Below, in pieces: positions 55,068-63,620 of a DNA stretch of 64,000 nucleotides. Numbering within the stretch: the stretch's first letter is position 1; each line of letters begins with the position of its first letter. This DNA comes from Minisyncoccia bacterium. GTDB lineage: Bacteria > Patescibacteriota > Minisyncoccia > UBA6257 > GWB1-50-10. A program made the position numbers and the translations under genes. The DNA lies in NCBI GenBank assembly GCA_049997815.1, contig JBEKVQ010000003.1, forward strand, positions 85-64,084, read 5' to 3'. Below the pieces are notes generated by a model that was not told the DNA's origin, made no database searches, and worked only from the letters and a program-made list of their open reading frames with translations.

Positions 55068-55638
55068 TACCTATGCTGATTATATCGGCGCCAGCTGGAA
55101 TGTTTGGCTCTACTATGTCAGAAATAAACTTCTTGTCCCTTGCCTGCTCGGCATTCAGTATCACACCCCCATCAATCATCAAACTCTCAACTTCTTTAAA
55201 GGCCATCCCTGAGTAAGTACTTATGGCTTTTGCTATGTTTTCTTTTGACCTTACAGATCCCTCATAAAATTCTTTTAGTTGCGATTCAACATAGTTTGCG
55301 GACTGCAACATCGTTGCGATGCCGTGGAACATAAATGAGGCGTCTCTGCTTCCGATTCTCTCTTTGCCGCTCGCGAAGATTGCAGTCGCGACTGAATCAA
55401 CCTGTCCTATGTTGTGCATAATCGTTTTCATAGGGAGAGCGTTGATGTAAGCCGCCAGGTTTAATCCCTCAAAAACATTGCCACCACCCGAAGAAATAAG
55501 AAAGTAAAGTTCCTCATACTTCTCGTTTATGCATGTGGTAATTACCTGCCTTAACTTAGCTGACTGTGCAGTTTGAACATCAGCGGTGAAAACAATGTAT
55601 TTGATCTTCGCCATATATTTTTTACCTGCAAAAATCAT
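55060..55638 (-). CDS. ClpP-like (S14/crotonase-fold) serine peptidase
   Basis: 192 aa. LYFLISSGGGNVFEGLNLAAYINALPMKTIMHNIGQVDSVATAIFASG parallels the ClpP segment IYLYINSPGGSV..GLAIYDTMQ...GQAASMG. Confidence 0.5.
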   Translation of the reverse strand: MIFAGKKYMAKIKYIVFTADVQTAQSAKLRQVITTCINEKYEELYFLISSGGGNVFEGLNLAAYINALPMKTIMHNIGQVDSVATAIFASGKERIGSRDASFMFHGIATMLQSANYVESQLKEFYEGSVRSKENIAKAISTYSGMAFKEVESLMIDGGVILNAEQARDKKFISDIVEPNIPAGADIISIGNG

Positions 55639-55667
55639 ACAACAAAAACGCCTCTCCAGTAAGGGGG

Positions 55668-55946
55668 TTAGATTACCTCCTCTTGGATGGCCTTTGATAA
55701 ATCAGCGAATAGGACTTCGATCGGGGTTTGATAAAGGGCCGAGAGGCGGATGATGCTCACAAGATTCGGCAATGCGTCTCCATTTTCCCAGTGAGAGATC
55801 CATGTCTTATCTTTGAAACCAAGAGCTCTGGCAACCTGCAGTTGGGTCAGCCCTCTCTCCTTCCGATATCGCTTGAGAGCGTTCGGGATCTTCTTATAGC
55901 GGTCGTACTCCATGATTGGATGGTAGCCAGGGAATCTCCTTGCCAT
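55668..55946 (-). CDS. XRE-family helix-turn-helix transcriptional regulator
   Basis: 92 aa; LKRYRKERGLTQLQVARALGFKDKTWISHWENG is a classic Cro/C1-type HTH. Confidence 0.75.
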   Translation of the reverse strand: MARRFPGYHPIMEYDRYKKIPNALKRYRKERGLTQLQVARALGFKDKTWISHWENGDALPNLVSIIRLSALYQTPIEVLFADLSKAIQEEVI

Positions 55947-56084
55947 AAGGAGGGTAAAATTGCCACAAAGGGAAACTTTTTACAGTAGTTGGGGATAGTT
56001 ACCGCGGGGATCCCTAGACCACAAGAGGTTCGATTCTCCTTGGGTCGGCAAAATCAAGAACCCTCATGTTCTCAGGGTTGTGGG

Positions 56085-56400
56085 AGTACTCAACGTTGTG
56101 GAGGCTAGTCCAGGATGTTCGAACTTTCTTCAAGGACAAGCCTCTGAAGGATCTCCAGAAGTTCCTTCGTGCTCATGGTCTTCCGGAGATTCGTGACGAT
56201 GAGGATACAGAATCACCTGAAGAACATCGGCGAGTCGCGTGATCTGCTTCCGGGCCTCATCCCTACTTATCTCCTCCTTGAACTCCTCTTTGTAGAGCCT
56301 GATGTATTCATCAAGCTTCTCGTCGCTCAGCTCCATAGTACCGCATGGTAGCGTACCGGTACCAGAAAGGAAGGTGGGGAAAATTGCCCTTAGGGGGAAG
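56085..56400. repeat. direct repeat B (carries 68-aa gene B)
   Basis: See repeat A; about 80% nucleotide identity. Confidence 0.7.
56130..56336 (-). CDS. 68-aa hypothetical protein, copy B
   Basis: MELSDEKLDEYIRLYKEEFKEEISRDEARKQITRLADVLQVILYPHRHE..., about 80% identical to copy A; the same GTACCGGTAC palindrome lies upstream. Confidence 0.45.
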   Translation of the reverse strand: MELSDEKLDEYIRLYKEEFKEEISRDEARKQITRLADVLQVILYPHRHESPEDHEHEGTSGDPSEACP

Positions 56401-56454
56401 CTAACCCATCTACGCTCTTGAAGGAGCTTATGTTTAAGGTATAGTTTTCATGCG

Positions 56455-57081
56455 ATGAGTAAAGAAGAATACGAGAAATTACTTAAAGAAGTTGACACAC
56501 GACTTGCTGAAATTGTGGACGAAATGTCCGCGGCAATTGGAACCCTTAAAAATGATGAGCGTTTTGTCAGAACAAGACTGCTCATAGCGTTTTCGTTTTC
56601 GGAAATAGTCTGCAATCTATACAACGCATACTTCAATCTCGGCCTAGCCAACCGTCAACTAATGGAAAAATGGTTCAAAGAATATTGTTTAACAGACAAA
56701 AACCCTACCTACAAAAAACACCATTACTTGGGAATGGTGGACGAGGCGTTTATGTATAAATTTAGGTGTGCAATCGTTCATACTTTCGGTCTGCCTGAGC
56801 CGGAAAACGGAGTTTCAATCACCGTACCGAATGGTATAGAAACTAGCGAGGTAATAAAGAAAATGGACGAAGGGTTTTCAAAACGCGGTCACAAGGTAGC
56901 TTTTATATCCGCTGATAGCTTGACCCAACTTTTCATAGACGGATTTACTCTTATGCATCCAGAGGTATTTAAGAAAGTCGAGGTGGCTACCCAGCCTGAT
57001 TTCGACGGACTAGAAAGAATCTCCAAGGAGTTTGAGAGACGTGGCGCGAGAGGCGTCCCACTCGATGGCCGTTCGGCCTAA
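56455..57081 (+). CDS. hypothetical protein
   Basis: 208-aa ORF divergent from 68-aa copy B; no recognisable motif. Confidence 0.4.
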   Translation: MSKEEYEKLLKEVDTRLAEIVDEMSAAIGTLKNDERFVRTRLLIAFSFSEIVCNLYNAYFNLGLANRQLMEKWFKEYCLTDKNPTYKKHHYLGMVDEAFMYKFRCAIVHTFGLPEPENGVSITVPNGIETSEVIKKMDEGFSKRGHKVAFISADSLTQLFIDGFTLMHPEVFKKVEVATQPDFDGLERISKEFERRGARGVPLDGRSA

Positions 57082-57500
57082 AGGAGTGAAAGTCCAAATA
57101 GCACTACACCTATAACGAGAGTTACATACAAAATTTCTGGCCACCAGTCGGCCTCAAAATCTTTTCCTTCAGAACGACTACTCCAATCTAACGATGGGAG
57201 GTCTTTTATCTTTTGAGTAATAGCAGCTATGTCGTCTCGCAGTAGAAAAAGATGGCGACCGAGGCTAACGAGAGCGGTAGAAGCTAAGAGCAAAAACGAT
57301 AGTAAAGCCAAGTGTTCGTTCTTGATAAGTTCACTCCTAACAGCAAGAGACACACCGACGACAGCGAAACTAATAGAACTGATTGTAGTTAGGGATTGAT
57401 ATCTAAGAAGTATAAGTTGATATAAGACGTCAATCTTTTTCCCAAGGGAAAATTTTTTTGCCCCGTTTATATTATCCAAACTATCGTCAAGGTTTTTCAT
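57078..57500 (-). CDS. membrane protein, hypothetical
   Basis: 140 aa with about three TM helices. Confidence 0.35.
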   Translation of the reverse strand: MKNLDDSLDNINGAKKFSLGKKIDVLYQLILLRYQSLTTISSISFAVVGVSLAVRSELIKNEHLALLSFLLLASTALVSLGRHLFLLRDDIAAITQKIKDLPSLDWSSRSEGKDFEADWWPEILYVTLVIGVVLFGLSLL

Positions 57501-57515
57501 TCAAAAAATCTTTCG

Positions 57516-58382
57516 CTAAAGAAATACAGAAATTGCGACATGCCACATTCCTCTTTGGATACCGTTCGTCCCCATCGTCCAGATACTGTAATCAACAACA
57601 CACCATCTCAACATATGAAGCTGCTGCCATTCCACGAGTGCCTTTTTTAGTTTCTGTGCCGTTTCTTTATTCATATTTTTTTCAGAGAGCAAATCAATGA
57701 AGAAGGTAATTATTGCTGATTGTGCCAGTTTTAAATCATCGAGAAAACCGACCTGTTTATTACCAGTTGAGTCATATTCAAAATCGTGTGTCCCATCCTC
57801 AATCTTCTTTAGTATTTCCCATATAGCGACCCCGCTTATTTCATTTTTTGTGAGTGAATCTACGGTTCCTCGAATAAAGTTATCGTAATTGTTTGAGATG
57901 CTTCCAAGGAGGTAATCATATCGTTCTTCAAATTCTTCAAATTTCGTGTGGATTTCTTTTTCGGGGAACTGAATCGGGGTTTTCTCTAAATGTTCACTTA
58001 TGATTTTCTCCCTATCTTTTATAGCAAGATTCAATGAATTAACTATTTCAATTTCATCATTTTTAGTGATAGTTTTCTTGTCTAAATCGTTTGGGTCAGG
58101 TTCGTATTTAGAGATGAAATTATCCATCATGCAATCTCCGACCGTAATTTGTCGCCTCTGATTTCGAGTGCCTACATATACACTGAAAACACGCCCTACG
58201 TTAATATCTTGCTTCATTAGATACCAAAAACTCCTTTCGTTTCTGATACTATCGATAATGTTTTGGACTCTCTCTCGCCAGATTCTATCAAAAAGACCAC
58301 GAGCAATAAAACGGGCGAGAATAAAAATTAGGATAAGAATAATTATGTCCATGATTTTTGATTGTACAACAAAAACGCCCAT
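57516..58382 (-). CDS. membrane-anchored hypothetical protein
   Basis: 288 aa: N-terminal TM helix and an acidic helical body; followed by a terminator hairpin at 58368-58400. Confidence 0.4.
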   Translation of the reverse strand: MGVFVVQSKIMDIIILILIFILARFIARGLFDRIWRERVQNIIDSIRNERSFWYLMKQDINVGRVFSVYVGTRNQRRQITVGDCMMDNFISKYEPDPNDLDKKTITKNDEIEIVNSLNLAIKDREKIISEHLEKTPIQFPEKEIHTKFEEFEERYDYLLGSISNNYDNFIRGTVDSLTKNEISGVAIWEILKKIEDGTHDFEYDSTGNKQVGFLDDLKLAQSAIITFFIDLLSEKNMNKETAQKLKKALVEWQQLHMLRWCVVDYSIWTMGTNGIQRGMWHVAISVFL

Positions 58383-58410
58383 CTAGTAATGTGGGCGTTT
58401 TAGCCTGGCA

Positions 58411-58530
58411 GTTCCTAAAGGTTCGATTTCCCTTAGGGTGGATTGACGAAAAATAAAAATCCCACTGTTATAGTGGTGATTTTTATTTCTCTACCTACAG
58501 ATTCGAGATGTAGCGTATATGAACATCTTG
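58411..58530. repeat. conserved ~120-bp tRNA-downstream element, copy 1 (copy 2 at 63810-63923)
   Basis: Near-identical to 63810-63923: GGTTCGATTTC.C.TAG.GTG.ATTGACGAAAAATAAAAATCCCACTGTT.TAGTGGTGATTTTTATTTCT.TACCTAC.GATTCGAGATGTAGCGTATATGAACATCT. Includes a T-loop-like start and a bidirectional terminator hairpin. Confidence 0.65.
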
Positions 58531-58601
58531 TGGACCTGGGGGGAATCGAACCCCCGCCTCAGCAATGCGAATGCCGTGTAATGCCACTTTACTACAGGCC
58601 C
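58531..58601 (-). tRNA. tRNA-Ala (anticodon CGC)
   Basis: Reverse complement GGGCCTGTAGTAAAGTGGCATTACACGGCATTCGCATTGCTGAGGCGGGGGTTCGATTCCCCCCAGGTCCA; G3-U70 pair; anticodon loop TTCGCAT. Confidence 0.75.
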
Positions 58602-58610
58602 ATTTGATAT

Positions 58611-59285
58611 TTAAACTTTCAAAATCCTGGCGATTTCCTTGGATTTCCTAACAATCACCTCATTCCCCTCCTTCAACTCGATACTTTCCAGTTGGTTATC
58701 AGCATACACAAGAGCCGGGCCGCGCGCAATTTTTATCCTTATCTCCGAATTTTCACTCAATACCAAATGGTCCGACTGCTCGGTGCTGTTATTGAACGCC
58801 ACGCCGATGCCCACCTCAAAAAAGCTGTCTGTGATCGAGCGATAATATCCTGTTGAGCCGAGTGGCGTTGCAATCACCACACCGTCCCCTATAATCTCAC
58901 CCCCAACCTGGCGACCGTTTATAAGGATCTCGTAGCGGATGGCGTGCCGCGGGTCGCCGTTATGGACAACGATATCGTTCAATCCGCGCAATTTTTTTCC
59001 TTTGGCGCTTGATTCCAATTTCGTCAGCTCTTCAATTTTATACCGGCCGGATTTTACTCTGGTTAGAATCTCATCGTTCGGCAAGTCGGCACATAGTTTA
59101 CAGATGCGACTTCCCTTCAGAACCAGTTTCGGAATACCCGGATATTCAAACTCGGCGTGCATCAGCGTACCGTCACCTCCGTAACTTACAACAACGTCGG
59201 GATTGCTCGCGACGATCTCAAAACCCAACTTCCCAAGAAGCTCGCCGATGCCTTCGGTTTCCTTTCCGAAAATAAGGGCTTTCAT
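58611..59285 (-). CDS. nadK: NAD kinase
   Basis: 224 aa with GGDGT motif (VVVSYGGDGTLMHA). Confidence 0.85.
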   Translation of the reverse strand: MKALIFGKETEGIGELLGKLGFEIVASNPDVVVSYGGDGTLMHAEFEYPGIPKLVLKGSRICKLCADLPNDEILTRVKSGRYKIEELTKLESSAKGKKLRGLNDIVVHNGDPRHAIRYEILINGRQVGGEIIGDGVVIATPLGSTGYYRSITDSFFEVGIGVAFNNSTEQSDHLVLSENSEIRIKIARGPALVYADNQLESIELKEGNEVIVRKSKEIARILKV

Positions 59286-59359
59286 TTGGTCGGGGCGCCG
59301 AGAATCGAACTCGGTCTACACGCACCCGAAGCGTGCGTACTACCGGCATACTCCGCCCC
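59286..59359 (-). tRNA. tRNA-Pro (anticodon CGG), CCA encoded
   Basis: Reverse complement CGGGGCGGAGTATGCCGGTAGTACGCACGCTTCGGGTGCGTGTAGACCGAGTTCGATTCTCGGCGCCCCGACCA; anticodon loop TTCGGGT. Confidence 0.8.
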
Positions 59360-59413
59360 GATGGTGTTTATAGATTACCGCAAACCACAGCGGGGGTAAA
59401 TCCCCCATCCTGC

Positions 59414-59842
59414 CTATTGCTTACCGGCACTCTTCTTCCGTTGGTGCATTTTTTTGGACTTCTGCGTTAGGGCAAAAATCGAGAGCACCATAATATAATC
59501 TGCGATGGCTTCGGAAGAAACCTTGTGGCTGCCATTCATGATAGCGGAGAGGATTATAAGACCGAAGATTACAACAGTCCAAGCGATCACGAAAATCTCG
59601 CCAGGGTGGCGACTTTCGTGAATATCGTACCAGCGGTCGAATTCCTTAGTCCCGACGTAAAGCCCTAGAATACCAACGTAAATCACGCTCGCGGGAGCGA
59701 TCAAAAAATCGAACCGATTGTCCATGAAAAAATTCATTATCAGGAAAGCTATGAACATCACGGTCCAGAAATTGGTCAGCACCCGCCAGATCTTTTCGTC
59801 CCTGAAAGAAAATAAATCTTTCATAAAGACATTATGACACAT
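59414..59842 (-). CDS. membrane protein, hypothetical
   Basis: 142 aa with four TM helices. Confidence 0.4.
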   Translation of the reverse strand: MCHNVFMKDLFSFRDEKIWRVLTNFWTVMFIAFLIMNFFMDNRFDFLIAPASVIYVGILGLYVGTKEFDRWYDIHESRHPGEIFVIAWTVVIFGLIILSAIMNGSHKVSSEAIADYIMVLSIFALTQKSKKMHQRKKSAGKQ

Positions 59843-59941
59843 AATACTTTTTCTTTCACCCCGTTAAAAATCTCGCCCGCGCGCAAGCGCGCCCCGCGAG
59901 GGGCCTGGGGGCGGGCTATTTCTGACGGGGTCAATTTCTTC

Positions 59942-61405
59942 TTACTTAACGAAGTATTTCTTTTTCATGCTCTCCTCCGCATCTGATTCAAATTCCTCCT
60001 TGGTCTCCCTCGCCTTCTCGGCCAATTCCCCCAAAACCTTATCTGAAAGCCCGCCCAAATCTTTCACCCGCTTTTCGAGATAAAATCTCTCGTTCTTTTT
60101 CGGGTCATCCAGCACTTCTTCTAAAAGGACTCCAAGAATTTTTCCGATTTTCGGCCCCGGCTTCAACTTCAGAATATCCATCACGTCCTCGCCGCGCACC
60201 TTGAGCATTTTCGGATGAATCGGGTCGTGCTTCACCTTTTCTATCATGAAAAGCAGATGGCGAAGCTTATAGGGGAAGGCTTTCGGCACGTTGGAACCGA
60301 TGCGGTCCGCTTCGCGAACTTTCATTATATCGTCAACGTACTCCAGTCCCACCCGCGCAAGGAAACGCCGTACCCCCGCCGGGCTCACCTCGCCGACGCT
60401 GTAATAAAACATATGGTAGCGAATGAGGCGAATAACCCGTTCAGCGACCTCCTTTGAAAACCGGAGACGGTCAAGAATTTTGACCACCATCCGCGCGCCA
60501 GCCACCTCGTGACCATGAAAAGTTGAATCGGGTCCTTCTCCGCGTTTCGCCCGCGGCTTCCCGATATCGTGGAAAAGGGAGGCTAGACGGACCTCGAGAG
60601 AATAATTTTTCTCCGCCGCGTAATTCAAGGCCCGGACGTTATGGTCGAAAACCGTGTAGATGTGATGCCTATTTTGAGTGCAACCGATGCCCTCCCGCAA
60701 TTCGGGGACGACGTATTTCAGAAGTCCCGTATCCTCGAGAAGGATTATTCCCTCCGCCGCCCGCGGCGCCATGATTATCTTCATGAATTCGTCCCGAATG
60801 CGCTCTTTGGCGATAACTTCAAGCAATCCCGCTCGGTCTTTTATCGCCTCAAGCGTGGGGTGGTCTATCTCAAATCCCAATTCCACCGCAAATCGCACGG
60901 CGCGCATCAGCCGGAGTGCGTCTTCTTTGAAGCGCTTCCCGGGCTCCCCCACCGTCCGGATAATTTTCGTCTTCAGATCCACTTGGCCACCATAAGGGTC
61001 GATTATCTCTTTTTTCTTTTGGCCAAGGTCGAGCGCGAGGGCATTCACCGTGAAATCCCGGCGGGCCAGGTCGTCTTCTATCGTCTTCGCGAACTTCACA
61101 CTGTCGGGATGGCGCTTGTCGCTATATCTCCCCTCCAGACGGAATGTGGTTATCTCGACTATTTTCAGCTTCTCATCCTTGGAATCGGTTTTCACGCCCA
61201 CCGTCCCGAACTCGTTTTCGTAAACGCTCTCGGGGAAAATCTTTTGGATATCCGCCGGCTTTGCGTCCGTCGCGATGTCCCAGTCCTTCGGCTCCCGCTT
61301 CAGAAAGAGGTCACGCACGCAGCCGCCCACCAAATATGCTTGATGGCTATTTTCGAGAAGTGCTTTGGCGATTTGTTTTATCTCTTTCGGTACCTTGAGT
61401 TCCAT
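59942..61405 (-). CDS. cca: CCA-adding tRNA nucleotidyltransferase with HD domain
   Basis: 487 aa; GGCVRDLFL polymerase-beta-type NTase motif; HD phosphohydrolase domain (HDIGK). Confidence 0.9.
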   Translation of the reverse strand: MELKVPKEIKQIAKALLENSHQAYLVGGCVRDLFLKREPKDWDIATDAKPADIQKIFPESVYENEFGTVGVKTDSKDEKLKIVEITTFRLEGRYSDKRHPDSVKFAKTIEDDLARRDFTVNALALDLGQKKKEIIDPYGGQVDLKTKIIRTVGEPGKRFKEDALRLMRAVRFAVELGFEIDHPTLEAIKDRAGLLEVIAKERIRDEFMKIIMAPRAAEGIILLEDTGLLKYVVPELREGIGCTQNRHHIYTVFDHNVRALNYAAEKNYSLEVRLASLFHDIGKPRAKRGEGPDSTFHGHEVAGARMVVKILDRLRFSKEVAERVIRLIRYHMFYYSVGEVSPAGVRRFLARVGLEYVDDIMKVREADRIGSNVPKAFPYKLRHLLFMIEKVKHDPIHPKMLKVRGEDVMDILKLKPGPKIGKILGVLLEEVLDDPKKNERFYLEKRVKDLGGLSDKVLGELAEKARETKEEFESDAEESMKKKYFVK

Positions 61406-61464
61406 ATTCCTATTCTATCGTCATTTTGAAAATAACGAAAATAGTTCTAGAATCAGATGGAAAT

Positions 61465-61541
61465 GCCCCTGTAGCTCAATTGGATAGAGCGCTTGGCTTC
61501 GAACCAAGAGGTTGTGGGTTCAATTCCTGCCGGGGGCACCA
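61465..61541 (+). tRNA. tRNA-Arg (anticodon UCG), CCA encoded
   Basis: GCCCCTGTAGCTCAATTGGATAGAGCGCTTGGCTTCGAACCAAGAGGTTGTGGGTTCAATTCCTGCCGGGGGCACCA; anticodon loop CTTCGAA. Confidence 0.8.
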
Positions 61542-62407
61542 TGCATACTATTGGCGTTCTCTGCGCACTCGGCGCCCTCGCTTCATGGGGGGTGGGGGAT
61601 TTTTTGATACAGCGGAGCGCGCGCAAATTCGGCGACACCATAGCGCTTTTCTACATCACGGCTTTCGGCGCCGTCATCCTTTTACCGTTCATATGGAATG
61701 AGATCATCGCAACCGTTTCGAACGCCTACTCACTTTCCATTCTCCTCATTACAAGCGGCGTTATCCTTTTTGCCGCGCTTTTCGATTTTGAGGCGCTCCG
61801 CGTCGGGAAGATTTCCGTAATTGAGCCCGTTTATGCGTTCGAGGTATTAATTACAACTATGCTCGCTTCATTCATCATCCGGGAAGAGCCTAGTTTAATT
61901 CAATTCATTCTTATTGCGGGACTACTCGCCGGCATCTTCCTCGTCTCAACGAGGTCGTTTCACCACCTGAAATTACTCCATCTTGAGAGAGGGGTGCCGC
62001 AAGCCATACTTGCAACCGCAGGCATGGGATTCGTGAACTTCCTGTTCGGCGTGGGCGCGCGCGAGACGAACCCGATAATGATAAACTGGTTCACGAACCT
62101 GTTCCTTGCTGTCGTCATGCTCGGCTACATTCTCTTCCGCTCAAAGTGGAAGGAGATGGTTGAGGATTGGAAAAAGAACAAGGAACTCATCACGAGCGTG
62201 AGCTTTTTCGACAACCTCGCCTGGGTTTTCTACGCCTACGGCACCACCTACATTCCCATCGCCATCACGACCACCATCAGCGAGGGATACATCGCGTTCG
62301 CGGCGGCATTAGGGCTAGTGTTCAATAAAGAAAAACTTCAGTCCCACCAGTATTTCGGAATGGTGCTGGCGATAGGGAGCGTCATCATCCTTTCGGCGAT
62401 AACATAA
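61541..62407 (+). CDS. EamA/DMT-family transporter
   Basis: Start taken at the ATG overlapping the tRNA CCA end (MHTIGVL...); ten TM helices in an EamA-like duplicated arrangement; terminator hairpin at 62411-62440. Confidence 0.55.
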   Translation: MHTIGVLCALGALASWGVGDFLIQRSARKFGDTIALFYITAFGAVILLPFIWNEIIATVSNAYSLSILLITSGVILFAALFDFEALRVGKISVIEPVYAFEVLITTMLASFIIREEPSLIQFILIAGLLAGIFLVSTRSFHHLKLLHLERGVPQAILATAGMGFVNFLFGVGARETNPIMINWFTNLFLAVVMLGYILFRSKWKEMVEDWKKNKELITSVSFFDNLAWVFYAYGTTYIPIAITTTISEGYIAFAAALGLVFNKEKLQSHQYFGMVLAIGSVIILSAIT

Positions 62408-62629
62408 AAACAAAAAAACCGGGCGGATCCGGTTTTTTCGTTATTGTGCCCCCAGAGGAATCGAACGTCGCTTCGCTCCCTGACACCTTGCGGTTTCAGT
62501 GCTTCCACCACGCCTGCCTGCCGGCAGGCAGGGGAAAACTCCCGTTTTCCCGACCCCTTTCCCGTTCGAATCCTGAATACAAAAATAAAAACAACCAAGG
62601 TAAACTCGGTTGTTTTTATTTTGTGCACT

Positions 62630-62760
62630 CTAGTACAGGATGTTCGAACTTTTTTTAGGGAGAAGGCCCAGGGAGAGAACCTCGAACTCATCTGTCATGC
62701 TGCTTAGTATAGAGGATGGGATTCCGCAGGGGAAGGTGGGAGAAAATGACGGAAAGGACA
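62630..62760. repeat. repeat C: internally deleted solo copy of repeats A/B (no 68-aa gene)
   Basis: Keeps the left end CTAGTACAGGATGTTCGAACTTTTTTTAGGG and the right end CCGCAGGGGAAGGTGGGAGAAAATG, but lacks the ~200 bp in between. Confidence 0.55.
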
Positions 62761-62858
62761 AAAAAATAAATGGGTTCACAGAAATGTGAACCCATTGTTT
62801 CTCAATGATATTTTACAGATTACTGAATGAACTGTCTGTATGCCTCAGACCCACGCAG

Positions 62859-63620
62859 TCAGTAAGGACAAACGATGTGAAGCGGCGCTTGGCCGAGTTC
62901 TTCAACGTAACTAAGGGATTCCTCGGAAAATGGGACAATAAGATCAGCTATTATTTTCAGATCGTTCTCATCTGATTGTTCCAAGTTGGCGATAAGGAAT
63001 CTATTATGCGACTTGAACAAGAAATAGGTAAAACCGGGATGTGGCCGAAGTTTGTGACGATACTTCTTCGCAAAATTTATTATCTGATGTTGGGTAAAGC
63101 AAAGTTCGTCCAGATTCGGGTTTATTGACCTTAAAATCTGCTCAATCGTACCAGCTTTCACTTGTTCACAAACGATAACCGGCCTCTCTCCCGTCGGTTT
63201 ACCAGGTTCGTTGGCACCCAGCTCAGGATCTTCCAGTGTTCCGACATGAGGAGGATCAAAGAAGAATCGAGGACTAACGGAAGCAAATAGTTTGTCCATA
63301 TGGTCCATATTTGCGAACGTTTGCGAACCATCGACACCGTCGATTACCATTTTACCCTCTTTCCAAAGAGGTTTCGCATATTCATTGGATTTAGGATTTG
63401 GTGGTCCTAACTTGGGCGCGTAATTCACCATATCGGAAAGCATTATTGACACCAAATTGGTGATACCTTGACCGTTATTCTTCACGGCATTAATAACGCT
63501 TTCTGGTGAGAGATTGGTTTTTTCAACCGCGTCCGGTATTGCTTTGACGAACACAGACTGGATCTGCGCTACTTGCTGGTGTGTCCATTCTTCTTTTCGG
63601 GGTGTTCCATGATTTTTCAT
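62859..63620 (-). CDS. hypothetical protein
   Basis: 253-aa ORF; no recognisable motif. Confidence 0.4.
   Translation of the reverse strand: MKNHGTPRKEEWTHQQVAQIQSVFVKAIPDAVEKTNLSPESVINAVKNNGQGITNLVSIMLSDMVNYAPKLGPPNPKSNEYAKPLWKEGKMVIDGVDGSQTFANMDHMDKLFASVSPRFFFDPPHVGTLEDPELGANEPGKPTGERPVIVCEQVKAGTIEQILRSINPNLDELCFTQHQIINFAKKYRHKLRPHPGFTYFLFKSHNRFLIANLEQSDENDLKIIADLIVPFSEESLSYVEELGQAPLHIVCPY

Noticed and set aside
60641-61429. 262-aa plus-strand ORF
   Set aside because: Antisense inside the cca gene.
62455-62600. Possible tmRNA (ssrA) or intact tRNA on the minus strand
   Set aside because: The 5' part resembles a tmRNA start (GGATTCGAACGGG) and the 3' part a T-loop/acceptor. But the T-stem does not pair, no 5' acceptor strand complements CTGGGGG, and the total length (~145 nt) fits neither a tRNA nor a tmRNA. 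It is treated as tRNA-like remnants and repeats, not a gene.
52100-62760. CRISPR array
   Set aside because: The three repeats are ~300 bp, 3.6-6 kb apart, and contain an ORF, which is incompatible with CRISPR. No short regularly spaced repeats were seen anywhere in the window.
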